From Candidatus Eiseniibacteriota bacterium (GTDB lineage Bacteria > Eisenbacteria > RBG-16-71-46), in assembly GCA_963717505.1 (NCBI GenBank), contig OY970342.1, positions 1,024,001 to 1,088,000 of the forward strand: 64,000 bases of DNA, written 5' to 3'. The first letter of the stretch is position 1. Every line of letters starts with the position of its first letter. Under the pieces are notes generated by a model. That model did not search any database and was not told where the DNA came from. It saw nothing but the letters and a program-made list of their open reading frames with translations. The translations under genes were made by a program, and so were the position numbers. Shown one piece after another: positions 28,009 through 37,537 of the stretch.

Positions 28009-28869
28009 ATGTTCTCGAAACTGCTTCGCGAACCCCTGGTTCACTTTCTGGCGATCGGCGCTGCGTTGTTCGCCCTGAGCGCGCTGCTCGGCGGCTCGGA
28101 GGACCCGGAGTCGCGCCGAATCGTGGTGACGCGCGGGCGTATCGAGCACCTGGCCACCAGCTTCGAGCGCGTTTGGACCCGGCCGCCTTCGCAAGAGGAA
28201 ATGGACGGTCTGATCGCGGGGTACATCCAGGAGGAGGTCCTCTATCGCGAGGCGATGGCGCTCGGGCTCGATCGCGACGACATGATCGTGCGCCGCCGGC
28301 TGCGCCAGAAGATGGAGTTCCTGGCCGAGGAGTCTCCGCCACCGCCGACCGACGCCGATCTCCGGGCCTATCTCGACGCGCACCCGGATGAATTCCAGGT
28401 CGGCGGCCAGGTCGCTTTCGAGCACGTCTACATCAATCGCGACCTGCGCGGCGAGTCCGCCGAAGGCGATGCGGAACAGATGCTCGCGCGACTTCGGGCC
28501 GCCCCCGATTCCGAAGTCGCCGGCGACCCGTTCCTGCTCGAACACTCGTTCCCGCGCACTCCCACCGAAGAAATCTCACGGACGTTCGGCGAGGCCTTCG
28601 CGCGCGGGCTGATGGCGGTTCCCGTGGGCGAGTGGCGCGGCCCGGTCGAGTCGGGTTATGGCCTGCATCTGGTCCGCGTTCGCGAGCGGGTCCCCGGTCG
28701 GAAGCCCGAACTCGAGGAGGTCCGCGACGCGGTCGTACGCGAATGGTCGACGGCACGACAGGCCGAGTTGCGCGCGCGGTGGTACGAGAACCTGCAGCGT
28801 CGCTACACCGTCGTGGTCGAACCGGCCGCGAGCACGGATCGCGAGCAACGGGTCGGGGTCGCCCGATGA
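28009..28869 (+). CDS. PpiC/SurA-like peptidyl-prolyl isomerase associated with HupE/UreJ genes
   Basis: LREPLVHFL, EEVLYREA...LGLDRDD..VRRRL, GPVESGYGLHLV parvulin motif. Confidence 0.88.
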   Translation: MFSKLLREPLVHFLAIGAALFALSALLGGSEDPESRRIVVTRGRIEHLATSFERVWTRPPSQEEMDGLIAGYIQEEVLYREAMALGLDRDDMIVRRRLRQKMEFLAEESPPPPTDADLRAYLDAHPDEFQVGGQVAFEHVYINRDLRGESAEGDAEQMLARLRAAPDSEVAGDPFLLEHSFPRTPTEEISRTFGEAFARGLMAVPVGEWRGPVESGYGLHLVRVRERVPGRKPELEEVRDAVVREWSTARQAELRARWYENLQRRYTVVVEPAASTDREQRVGVAR

Positions 28870-29894
28870 CGCGCAACGCGGAATCTCGCCGGCGCTCGGT
28901 CGGAATCTCATGCGTGCTCTTGTGCCTGGCCCTGGCGCTGGGTGCTGCCGAATTCGCGGACGCCCACGAAGTACGGCCCGCCTACCTCGACCTCCGTCAA
29001 ACCGGGCCGGACACCTGGAACGTCGAATGGAAGTTGCCTGCGCGCGGCGACGCCCGACTGCAGATCGTTCCACGCTTCTCGCCGGAGTGCGCCGGGGCCA
29101 CGCCTCCGATCCTGGACCGCACCGAAAGCGCCTTCATCGAGCGCTGGACGGTTCGCTGCACGGGCGGACTCAGCGGTCGGACCGTGACCCTCGACGGCCT
29201 GTCGGCCACCTTCATCGACGCGCTGGTGCGCGTCGAGTACTCGAGCGGTGCTGCGCAGACCGTGCGCCTGCGTCCAGAGTCGCCGTCATTCGAAATCGAA
29301 GCCGAACCCCGCTCGGCTCAGGTCGCGCGCACCTATCTGGTGCTCGGGATCGAACACATCCTGCTCGGCGTCGACCACCTGCTGTTCGTGCTCGCACTGC
29401 TGCTGATCACGGGCCCCGGTTGGCGGCTGATCAAGACGGTCACCGCGTTCACCGTCGCCCACAGCATCACGCTGGCGCTCGCGACACTCGGCGTCGTGCA
29501 CGTGCCCTCGGCGCCGGTCGAGGCCGTGATCGCGCTCAGCATCGTGTTCGTCGCCGCGGAGATTCTCCACCTTCGGGCCGGCCACGCCGGGATCACGGCA
29601 CGTGCACCGTGGGTGGTCGCGTTCACGTTCGGGTTGCTGCACGGCTTCGGCTTTGCCGGCGCCCTGAGCGAAGTCGGCCTGCCGGCGAGCCACATCCCGA
29701 TCGCGCTCCTGTTCTTCAATCTCGGGGTCGAAGCCGGCCAGCTCGCGTTCGTCACCGCGGCCCTGGTCGCGTGGGGCGCGTTCCGGCGCCTGCGCCTCCC
29801 GCTGCCTCGCTGGGCGGCGGTGGCGCCGGCCTACGCCATCGGCGGGATTGCAATGTTCTGGGTGATCGAACGCGTGGCGGCGTTCCGAGCGTGA
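28866..29894 (+). CDS. HupE/UreJ family membrane protein
   Basis: ATGA overlap with the upstream gene; LGIEHILLGVDHLLF, TAFTVAHSITL, FGLLHGFGFA, FNLGVEAGQ. Confidence 0.92.
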   Translation: MTRNAESRRRSVGISCVLLCLALALGAAEFADAHEVRPAYLDLRQTGPDTWNVEWKLPARGDARLQIVPRFSPECAGATPPILDRTESAFIERWTVRCTGGLSGRTVTLDGLSATFIDALVRVEYSSGAAQTVRLRPESPSFEIEAEPRSAQVARTYLVLGIEHILLGVDHLLFVLALLLITGPGWRLIKTVTAFTVAHSITLALATLGVVHVPSAPVEAVIALSIVFVAAEILHLRAGHAGITARAPWVVAFTFGLLHGFGFAGALSEVGLPASHIPIALLFFNLGVEAGQLAFVTAALVAWGAFRRLRLPLPRWAAVAPAYAIGGIAMFWVIERVAAFRA

Positions 29895-29898
29895 ACTC

Positions 29899-31440
29899 GT
29901 GACGCGCCGGCCCAGCCCCTCCCGCCCCCGACCGGCAAAGACGGCGGCGCCCTCCTCTCCCGCGCCGGGCGGGCTCTCGACTCTGTTTCCCTGGTTCCGC
30001 GACGTGCTCGACCCGCGCGGCCCGTTCCTGGTGCCACTCCTTCTGCTTGTGATCGCGCGCGTCATCGCGTGGGCGATTCTGCCGCTCGCCGCCGAGGACG
30101 CGTACATCACCTTTCGCTACGCGCGCAATCTCGCCGCCGGCAACGGCCTGGTCTACAACCCGGACGAGCGCGTGATGGGCTTCACGTCGACACCCTGGGC
30201 CCTGTGGAGCACGCTGGGCATCCTGTTCCTGAAGAATCCAGTCCTCTGGTCGCGGATCACGAACCTGATCGCGGACGCCGTCACGCTTCTGCTCCTCGGT
30301 CAGATGCTGCGCCGGTATGTCGGCGGCGCGGCGGCGGCGAGTTTCACCTGGTTTTTCGCCACCCTCATGTACTTCGCCGTGGTCTCCGCCTCGGGAATGG
30401 AATCGAGTTTCTTCCTGATGCTGATCGTGCTCGCCGCGGCACTCCTGGAAGCGCGCCACATCGCGGCGGGCACGGCACTCGCCCTCGTCGCATGGATCCG
30501 TCCCGAGGGACTGGCGGCGGCGGCGGTGCTGGCCCTCTATGCTCGCTGGCGCGACCGGCTCGTGGCCGCGGTGTTGCTCGGCGCGGCCTGGATCGCGACT
30601 TGGGCGTTCTACGGGACCATCGTGCCGCAGAGTCTTCTGACCAAGGTGCAGATCTACGGCAACTCCGGGCCCTGGGTCGGTCGTCACTGGTGGGAATGGC
30701 TGTCGCCGGCGCCTACCGGGCGATGGCCGTCGGTGGGCGATACCAATCTCCTGGTCGTGGCCTCGATCGTCATGGCTCCGGCATTCGTGATCGGACTGCG
30801 CGAGCTCTGGCGGTTGCGCCAATCCGGTCTCGCGGCGGCGATCGGAGCCGCGCTCGTGGTGTGGCTCGGCTACGCGGTGCTCGGGGTCAGCTACTTCTGG
30901 TGGTATCTCGCGGTGCCCCTCGGCGGTATTGCGGCGGCGGCGGCGATCGGCCTGCCTCGGATCGTCCGCGGCGCGGCGATCTACGTGTCACTGGTGCTCT
31001 GGCTGATCGGCAGCTGGTCGGTCGCGCGGCACTTGTACCTCGGTCGTCTCACTGGTGAATTCGGGTTCGCTCGCGTCGCCCACTACCTGGAGGACCACGC
31101 GAAGCCGGGAGAATCGGTGTTGCTCGAGCCCATTGGGATCATCGGTTTCAGCGCCCCGCTGCGCGTGATCGACGAGGTCGGACTGGTCTCGCCCAAAGTC
31201 GCGACGCGGCGCATGAGCGGCCCGGGCTGGTACTCCGACGTGGTCGAGACCGAGCATCCCGACTGGCTCGTCCTGCGCGCCTTTGTCGCGCGCACCGGCG
31301 CCGGCTTTGCGGGCGCGGGCACGCTGTTTCGCAGCGAGGTCGAGCGCGATTCGCTGTTCGCGCGGTTCTACCGCGCGTATCCGGAACCCGGGAAGGAACC
31401 CGGCGACCAGGACCTGGTAGTGCTGCGCCGATACCGCTGA
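29899..31440 (+). CDS. GT-C fold membrane glycosyltransferase-like protein
   Basis: EDAYITFRYARNL...GLVYN..ERVMGFTS, SGMES, RPEG, DEVGLVS; about 12 hydrophobic segments. Confidence 0.82.
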   Translation: MTRRPSPSRPRPAKTAAPSSPAPGGLSTLFPWFRDVLDPRGPFLVPLLLLVIARVIAWAILPLAAEDAYITFRYARNLAAGNGLVYNPDERVMGFTSTPWALWSTLGILFLKNPVLWSRITNLIADAVTLLLLGQMLRRYVGGAAAASFTWFFATLMYFAVVSASGMESSFFLMLIVLAAALLEARHIAAGTALALVAWIRPEGLAAAAVLALYARWRDRLVAAVLLGAAWIATWAFYGTIVPQSLLTKVQIYGNSGPWVGRHWWEWLSPAPTGRWPSVGDTNLLVVASIVMAPAFVIGLRELWRLRQSGLAAAIGAALVVWLGYAVLGVSYFWWYLAVPLGGIAAAAAIGLPRIVRGAAIYVSLVLWLIGSWSVARHLYLGRLTGEFGFARVAHYLEDHAKPGESVLLEPIGIIGFSAPLRVIDEVGLVSPKVATRRMSGPGWYSDVVETEHPDWLVLRAFVARTGAGFAGAGTLFRSEVERDSLFARFYRAYPEPGKEPGDQDLVVLRRYR

Positions 31441-31484
31441 ACGCGGCCGCACCTGGCGCGCGGCCCGCGGCGATGCAACTTCCG

Positions 31485-33413
31485 TTACGGGGTGGCGCCG
31501 GCGCGCAGGCCGCCGCGGGCGGCGATCGCCATGCGCTCGAGGAATGGCTCGGCTTTCAGGAATCCCTCGACCCGCGACTCGCGTACCTCGCGGCCGTCTG
31601 GCATCAGGAACACCACGGTCGGAACACCCGAGATGGCGTACTGCTTCCGCCACGCCTCGGCGTCGGGTGAGTCGTAGCGCGTCAGGTCGGCGCGGAAGGT
31701 GGTGAAGTTGCGCGCCGCCGCGATCACCCGCCGGTCGGTGAACGTGAAGCGCTCGAGCTCGTGGCACGGCATACACCAATCGGCCGAGAAATCGATCATG
31801 ACCGGCCGGCCGCTGGCGAGCGCCTCGGCCAGCGCAGCCGGCGAGAACTTCTCCATGGGAATGCCTTGCCGCGGCGTGGTGGCCACGATCCCGAGCCCGC
31901 CGAGCACGGCGGCGACGCCACCCACGCGCTTGAGCACTCGGAATCCGGTGCGTTTGGGGTGGTCTTCGTCGCGTCGCTCGAAGAACCCGAGCCAGCCCCC
32001 GCCGACCACGAGCGCCGCGGGCACCACCCAGATCGCGAGGCTCGGCGCGATCCCGAGCACCACATAGAGCGCACCCAGCGCCAGTAGGACGAAGCCGAAC
32101 ACTTTCTTTATCCACTCCATCCAGTCGCCGGACCGCGGCAGCGCCCGAAGCAGATTCGAGAACGTACCGAGCACGAGATAGGGTGCACCGAGTCCGAGTG
32201 CGAGGACGAAGAACGAGCTAAACCCGAACCACAGGTCGCCCTTGGCGCCGACCACCGCCAGAAGTGCCACCACCGGTGGCCCGATGCATGGCGCGGCGAA
32301 CACGCCGACCAGGAGACCCGAGAGGAACACGCCCGTGGCGCCGACCGCACTGACCGCGCTCGCCCGCTCGCGCAGCGCTGCCGGCATCTGGATCTCGTAG
32401 ACGCCGAACATCGAGAGCGACAGCCCGACGAGCAGCAGCCCGATCACGACCAGAACGATCGGGTTCTGGAGGAAACCGCCGAACAGGCCGCCGGTGAACG
32501 CCGCCACCAGACCGAGTACGCTGTACATCGTGGCCATGCCGAGCACGTAGAGCAGGGCCAGTCCGAACACCTGGATCGGGGGCGCGGCGCGACGGGCGCC
32601 GAAGATCGAAACCGTAACGCCGAGCATCGGGTACACGCAGGGCGTCAGGTTGAGCGCGAGCCCGATCAGGAACAACGTGAGGAATGCCGCGACGCCGCCC
32701 CGATCGATGGTGCGGGTGAGTGGATTGTCGAGCGCGGCCCGGGTCGCGCCGCCGGGCGGGGGCGTGGTGGAGAAACGCTCGGTGCGAATACCGGCAGCCG
32801 CCGTGTCCGCGACGGGCGTCGGAGGCACGATGCTCGATTCCGGAGGCGCACCCGTCGCTTCGGGGCCCTGACTCGCCTGCCGGCCGCCACTCACGGTCAC
32901 GTCGAGTGCGAATGTGATCGACGCCGGCGCCAGGCACAGCTGGTCGTTGCACGCCTGGAACTTGATCTTGCCGACGACCGCACGCCGGCCGTTCATCGCG
33001 TCGCGGGCGACGGCGAGCGGCACCTGGATCGTCACACGCTCGTCCCACACCGAAAGCTCGCTCTCCTCGAAGCCAAGCTTGAGCTTCTGGGGCAGCGGGT
33101 AGACCGGAGTCCCGGCAGTGATGCCGGCGCCGGGCGGAAGGTCGACTTCGGTCGGCACCATGAATTCGGGGGTGGCCGGGTTGGCGTTGATGTGCCAACC
33201 CTCGGCGATCTGCAGCGTGAGCGTGGCCTTCGCGGTCTCTCCGGCGCGCGCCGCGATCGGCGACGACGTGAAGGTGACCAGCTTCTCGGGCGGCGGCACG
33301 TTGCCGAACTGCGCGGTGGCGGTGCTCGCGCCGAGCCCGATCGCGAGCAGCGACACGGCGACCAGGCGCCGCACTCCCGCGCCGTTCACTCCTCGAATCC
33401 ACGACTCGCGCAT
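31485..33413 (-). CDS. dsbD: Three-domain thiol:disulfide interchange protein DsbD
   Basis: TAATG coupling with the upstream gene; GWHIN...FQACNDQLC, LTPCVYPM, APCIGP, DFSADWCMPC. Confidence 0.9.
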   Translation of the reverse strand: MRESWIRGVNGAGVRRLVAVSLLAIGLGASTATAQFGNVPPPEKLVTFTSSPIAARAGETAKATLTLQIAEGWHINANPATPEFMVPTEVDLPPGAGITAGTPVYPLPQKLKLGFEESELSVWDERVTIQVPLAVARDAMNGRRAVVGKIKFQACNDQLCLAPASITFALDVTVSGGRQASQGPEATGAPPESSIVPPTPVADTAAAGIRTERFSTTPPPGGATRAALDNPLTRTIDRGGVAAFLTLFLIGLALNLTPCVYPMLGVTVSIFGARRAAPPIQVFGLALLYVLGMATMYSVLGLVAAFTGGLFGGFLQNPIVLVVIGLLLVGLSLSMFGVYEIQMPAALRERASAVSAVGATGVFLSGLLVGVFAAPCIGPPVVALLAVVGAKGDLWFGFSSFFVLALGLGAPYLVLGTFSNLLRALPRSGDWMEWIKKVFGFVLLALGALYVVLGIAPSLAIWVVPAALVVGGGWLGFFERRDEDHPKRTGFRVLKRVGGVAAVLGGLGIVATTPRQGIPMEKFSPAALAEALASGRPVMIDFSADWCMPCHELERFTFTDRRVIAAARNFTTFRADLTRYDSPDAEAWRKQYAISGVPTVVFLMPDGREVRESRVEGFLKAEPFLERMAIAARGGLRAGATP

Positions 33414-35584
33414 TACGCTTCCTCCGAAGGTCCGGCCGGCCGCGATTCGAGCTGCGCGGCGAACGCCGCTCGATCCGTCACCGGCAGCTGGCAAGCATAG
33501 TCTAAGCACACATACGCGGTGGCCTTCGCGTCTCGTGACACGAGCGGCGCGACGAACGGCGCCACCTCTGCCAAACGATCCCGCGCGTCGCCTTCGCTCA
33601 CCACCAGCAGGACGTCGCGCGGCAGGAACCGGCCATGGAACTCTGCAATCATCGCGTTCAGGTCGTCGGCGCCCACCCGGCCGGCGAGCACGATGTGCCG
33701 CGGCGGCTGAGACGCCAGGTCCATCGCGACCAGCATCTGGGGCATCGCCACCGGATGCTCGGCCAACCGCGCCGTGTAGTGCGCGAACAGCCGATCGGCG
33801 CGCCGCCGCCACTCCTCGCGATCGGACAGCACGGCCAGGGTGTAGAGCACGCCGGCCGCGACCGAGTTGCCCGCCAGCTCGGCGCCGTCGAAATCGTCCT
33901 TCATGCGAAACGCCAGATGCGGATCCCCCGCCGGACTGTCGAAGAAGCCACCATCGGTATCGTCCCAGAAGCGAGCGATCATCTGCTCGGTCAGCAGTCC
34001 CGCGCGTTCGAGCCATACCGGGTCGAAGGTCGCCTGGTAGAGGTCGATGAAGCCCGCGGCGAGGTTGGCATAGTCGTCGAGTTGGCCGGCGAGCGCTGCC
34101 TCGCCCTCGCGCCACCGCCGGGCGAGCGCCCCGGTCCCCGCATCGCGCAGCCGCTCCCAGATGAACGTCGCCGCCCGCGCCGCCGCCGCCGCGTATCCTG
34201 CGTCGTCGAGGAATCGGGCGCCGCGCGCGAAGGCCGAAATCATGAGCCCGTTCCACGCGGTCAGGATCTTGTCGTCGCGATGCGGGCGCACACGCGCCCC
34301 GCGCAACTCGAGGAGCCGGGCGCGCGCGGCGTCGAGCCGGTGCGCAGCCGCCTCGGGCGAGAGTCCGGCGCCGGAGGCAACCTCGTCGATCCCGCGCGCT
34401 TCGTGCAGGATGCTGGTTCCGTGCTCGAAGTTCCCGCGCGCTTCGACACCGTAGCGCGCACGGAACAGCGCGGCGTCAGCGCCGAGTGCGGCATCGATGG
34501 CGTCGTGCGTCCAGACGTAGAAGCGTCCCTCCTCGCCTTCGCTGTCGGCGTCCTCCGCCGAATAGAACCCGCCTTCGGGTGAGGTCAGGTCGCGCAGCAC
34601 ATAGGTCAGGATTCCCCGCGCGGTCTCGGCGTACGCGCGCGCCCGCACCGGGTCGCTCGAATCCCCCGCGGAACCGGCGATGACGTGCCCATCGAGATAG
34701 GCCCACGCGAGCTGCGCCTGGTCGTAGAGCATTTTCTCGAAGTGCGGCACGAGCCAGGCCGCATCGGTCGCGTAGCGGTGGAAGCCGCCGCCCAGATGAT
34801 CGTGGATGCCGCCCGCGCGCATCGCGTCGAGCTGGCTGAACGCCATGGCCAGGGCCTTGGCGCGCGGCCCGGGCGCCTGACTCCAATGGCGGAACAGGAA
34901 ATTCAGATTGGCGACCGAGGGAAACTTGGGCGCAGTGCCGAAGCCACCCTGCTCGGGATCGTGGGATCGTTCGAGCGCGCGGTAGCAGTCGACCATGCGA
35001 TCCGCGATCGCGGCCGGCGAAGCGGAGGGCCCGGCGCCGAGTGTCCCGCGATGCGCGACCGCGGCCTCGATCGCATTCAACAAACGGGAACCCTGAGTCA
35101 CCAACTCCGCGCGCTGGCCGGACCAGACTTCGTGAATCCGCGGCAGCACCTCGGTCATCCCGGGCCGGCCGTGGCGCGACTCCGGCGGAAAGTAGGTGCC
35201 TCCGTAGAACGGTTCCCGGTCGGGGGTCAGGAACGCGTTGAGCGGCCAACCCCCGCCCAACCCCATGGCCTGAAGCGCGGTCATGTACAGACGGTCCACG
35301 TCGGGTCGCTCCTCGCGATCGACCTTGACCGGAACGAACCAGCGGTTGAGCAGCTCGGCCACTGCGTCGTTCTCGAACGATTCGCGTTCCATGACGTGAC
35401 ACCAGTGGCACGTCGAGTATCCGATCGAAAGGAAGATCGGTTTGTCCTCGCGCTGCGCCTTGGCAAACGCCTCTTCGCCCCAGGGATACCAGTCCACGGG
35501 GTTCAAGGCATGCTGGAGCAGGTAGGGACTCTTCTCCCGGATCAGGCGGTTCGGCGTGCGCGTCGGCTGCGAAACGGTGGGCAT
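33413..35584 (-). CDS. YyaL/SPATA20-family thioredoxin-domain protein
   Basis: [72 protein letters not shown]. Confidence 0.95.
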   Translation of the reverse strand: MPTVSQPTRTPNRLIREKSPYLLQHALNPVDWYPWGEEAFAKAQREDKPIFLSIGYSTCHWCHVMERESFENDAVAELLNRWFVPVKVDREERPDVDRLYMTALQAMGLGGGWPLNAFLTPDREPFYGGTYFPPESRHGRPGMTEVLPRIHEVWSGQRAELVTQGSRLLNAIEAAVAHRGTLGAGPSASPAAIADRMVDCYRALERSHDPEQGGFGTAPKFPSVANLNFLFRHWSQAPGPRAKALAMAFSQLDAMRAGGIHDHLGGGFHRYATDAAWLVPHFEKMLYDQAQLAWAYLDGHVIAGSAGDSSDPVRARAYAETARGILTYVLRDLTSPEGGFYSAEDADSEGEEGRFYVWTHDAIDAALGADAALFRARYGVEARGNFEHGTSILHEARGIDEVASGAGLSPEAAAHRLDAARARLLELRGARVRPHRDDKILTAWNGLMISAFARGARFLDDAGYAAAAARAATFIWERLRDAGTGALARRWREGEAALAGQLDDYANLAAGFIDLYQATFDPVWLERAGLLTEQMIARFWDDTDGGFFDSPAGDPHLAFRMKDDFDGAELAGNSVAAGVLYTLAVLSDREEWRRRADRLFAHYTARLAEHPVAMPQMLVAMDLASQPPRHIVLAGRVGADDLNAMIAEFHGRFLPRDVLLVVSEGDARDRLAEVAPFVAPLVSRDAKATAYVCLDYACQLPVTDRAAFAAQLESRPAGPSEEA

Positions 35585-35767
35585 GCGAGGGTTCCGCGGT
35601 GGATGGACGAAGCAGGTTAGCAGATCGGATGCCCGAGTCGGCTTCGATCACGTCAAGAGACGGGCAAGACCGCGGCGACCTTAGAATACCGGTCACGTTC
35701 CGGCGCCGGGTGCGGTATGAATGGAGCGGTCACTCCGGCTGCGACCCCTTCCCGTTCGAGGGTTGCC

Positions 35768-36439
35768 ATGTTCCGATCGAGTTCCAGCGCGTTTCGCCCG
35801 CTCGCCCTTGCGCTCCTCCTGCTCTCGGCTGGGTGCGCCTCGGCCAGCTCCAAGCCGGCGGCCAACGCCGAATCCAAGTCCGCGAAGGCGGCGCCCGTGC
35901 CCAAAGGTGCGGCCACCGCCGTGTTCGCCGGCGGCTGCTTCTGGTGCATGGAGACGGCGTACGAGGGGAAGCCGGGCGTGATCGCCGTGGTTTCGGGCTT
36001 CTCCGGCGGGCCCCAGGAGCATCCGACCTACGACCAGGTCTCGGCCGGCGGCACCGGACACGCCGAGGTCGTTCAGGTGACCTACGATCCCGCGGCGATC
36101 TCGTATGCGCAGCTGCTCGACATCTTCTGGCACAACATCGATCCGACCCAGGCCAACGGCCAGTTCTGCGACCGGGGATCGCAATACCGATCGGCGATCT
36201 TCTACAGCAGCGCCGAGGAACGAACGCTGGCGGAGAAGACAAAGGCCAATGCGGCCAACACGCTGCGCAAGGCGATCGTCACGGAAATCGTGCCGGCCAG
36301 TCCGTTCTATCCGGCGGAGGACTACCACCAGGATTTCTGGAAGAAGGATCCGGTGCGCTACTTCAGCTATCGGACCGGCTGCGGGCGCGACGCGCGGCTC
36401 AAACAGCTCTGGGGACGTGCGCCGGACGTCGCGCACTGA
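35768..36439 (+). CDS. msrA: Peptide-methionine (S)-S-oxide reductase with lipoprotein signal
   Basis: FAGGCFWC, TGHAEVV, GQFCDRG.QYRS, FYPAEDYHQ, GCGR; LSAG-C lipobox. Confidence 0.94.
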   Translation: MFRSSSSAFRPLALALLLLSAGCASASSKPAANAESKSAKAAPVPKGAATAVFAGGCFWCMETAYEGKPGVIAVVSGFSGGPQEHPTYDQVSAGGTGHAEVVQVTYDPAAISYAQLLDIFWHNIDPTQANGQFCDRGSQYRSAIFYSSAEERTLAEKTKANAANTLRKAIVTEIVPASPFYPAEDYHQDFWKKDPVRYFSYRTGCGRDARLKQLWGRAPDVAH

Positions 36440-36520
36440 GCGACGCCCCGGCCGGTCCTCGACCGCGTTTCATCCCCTCGCGCCTACCGAGACGGTAAGC
36501 CCGAGTCGTCCACGCGCGTG

Positions 36521-37531
36521 CTACCGGCCTCCCCCCGCGATCAACCACACGGCCGACCACGCGGCCAGCGCCAGGGCGAGCGCGACGAGTACGAGCAGCA
36601 CCAACTGGTTGCGTCGTCCCGATCCGGATTGGGCCACCGGGGGTGGCGTGTGCACGCGACGGCGCTCGGGGCCGACGTAGACCGGGATCGGTGCGCGGCG
36701 GCGCTCGGGGCCGCTGTAGGCCGCCGTGAAGTTGCCGATCGATCCCTCGATCCGCGCCAGGATGGCCGTGATGTTGTCGGAGCCTCCGCAGTCGTTCGCG
36801 AGCGCGATCAGGTCCTGGCATGCTTCCGACAGGTTTCGATCGGACATGGTGTCCGAGAGGTCCGTGTCGGTCACGAGGCCGTGGAGACCGTCGGAGCACA
36901 GGAGCAGAATGTCGCCTGGCTCGAGCGGCCCCTCGACCAATACGTCGACCTCGACCTGCTCGCCAACACCGACGCTCCGGGTCACGACGTTACGACGGGC
37001 GTCGGTTCGCGCCTGTTGCGGCAGGAGCTGATTCCTCTCTACGAGCTGGGCGACCAGTGTGTGGTCGCGCGTCAGTTGGCGCATTTCGCGACCCCGCGCG
37101 AGGTACGCCCGGCTGTCGCCCACGTGCGCGATCCAGGCGTCACGGCCTCTCAGGACCACCGCCGTGCACGTCGTCCCCATGCCGTTGAACGTGGGGGCGC
37201 TCCGGCTCTTTTCGTAAACGGCCCGGTTCGCAGCTTCGACCGCACCCTTCAGGTCGTCGAGCGGGTCCCCGGTCCCCGCGCAGTACTGGTTCACGACCGT
37301 CTCGACCGCGAGCCGGCTGGCAATCTCGCCCGCAACCGCGCCGCCCATGCCGTCGGCGACCACGAGCAGGATCCCGCGTCGGTCACGCTCTTCGACACTG
37401 TCGGGGATCCACACCAGGTGACAGTCTTCGTTCTGCTCGCGCTTGCGGCCCACGTCGGTCGCGGCCACTACCGCCGCGCCGATCCCGGCCCCGGCACCGC
37501 CATTCTCGATTTCGTCTCGCGCGGGCTGCAT
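36521..37531 (-). CDS. PP2C-family Ser/Thr phosphatase with tandem YxGPERRR repeats and a C-terminal TM helix
   Basis: TDVGRKREQNED, VADGMGG, MGTT, HVGDSRAY, LLCSDGL, GGSDNIT. Confidence 0.93.
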   Translation of the reverse strand: MQPARDEIENGGAGAGIGAAVVAATDVGRKREQNEDCHLVWIPDSVEERDRRGILLVVADGMGGAVAGEIASRLAVETVVNQYCAGTGDPLDDLKGAVEAANRAVYEKSRSAPTFNGMGTTCTAVVLRGRDAWIAHVGDSRAYLARGREMRQLTRDHTLVAQLVERNQLLPQQARTDARRNVVTRSVGVGEQVEVDVLVEGPLEPGDILLLCSDGLHGLVTDTDLSDTMSDRNLSEACQDLIALANDCGGSDNITAILARIEGSIGNFTAAYSGPERRRAPIPVYVGPERRRVHTPPPVAQSGSGRRNQLVLLVLVALALALAAWSAVWLIAGGGR

Positions 37532-37537
37532 GTCAGC

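Noticed and set aside
35395-35415. CxxCH (CHWCH) in YyaL as a heme c site
   Set aside because: It is the conserved thioredoxin-like motif of a protein with no signal peptide.
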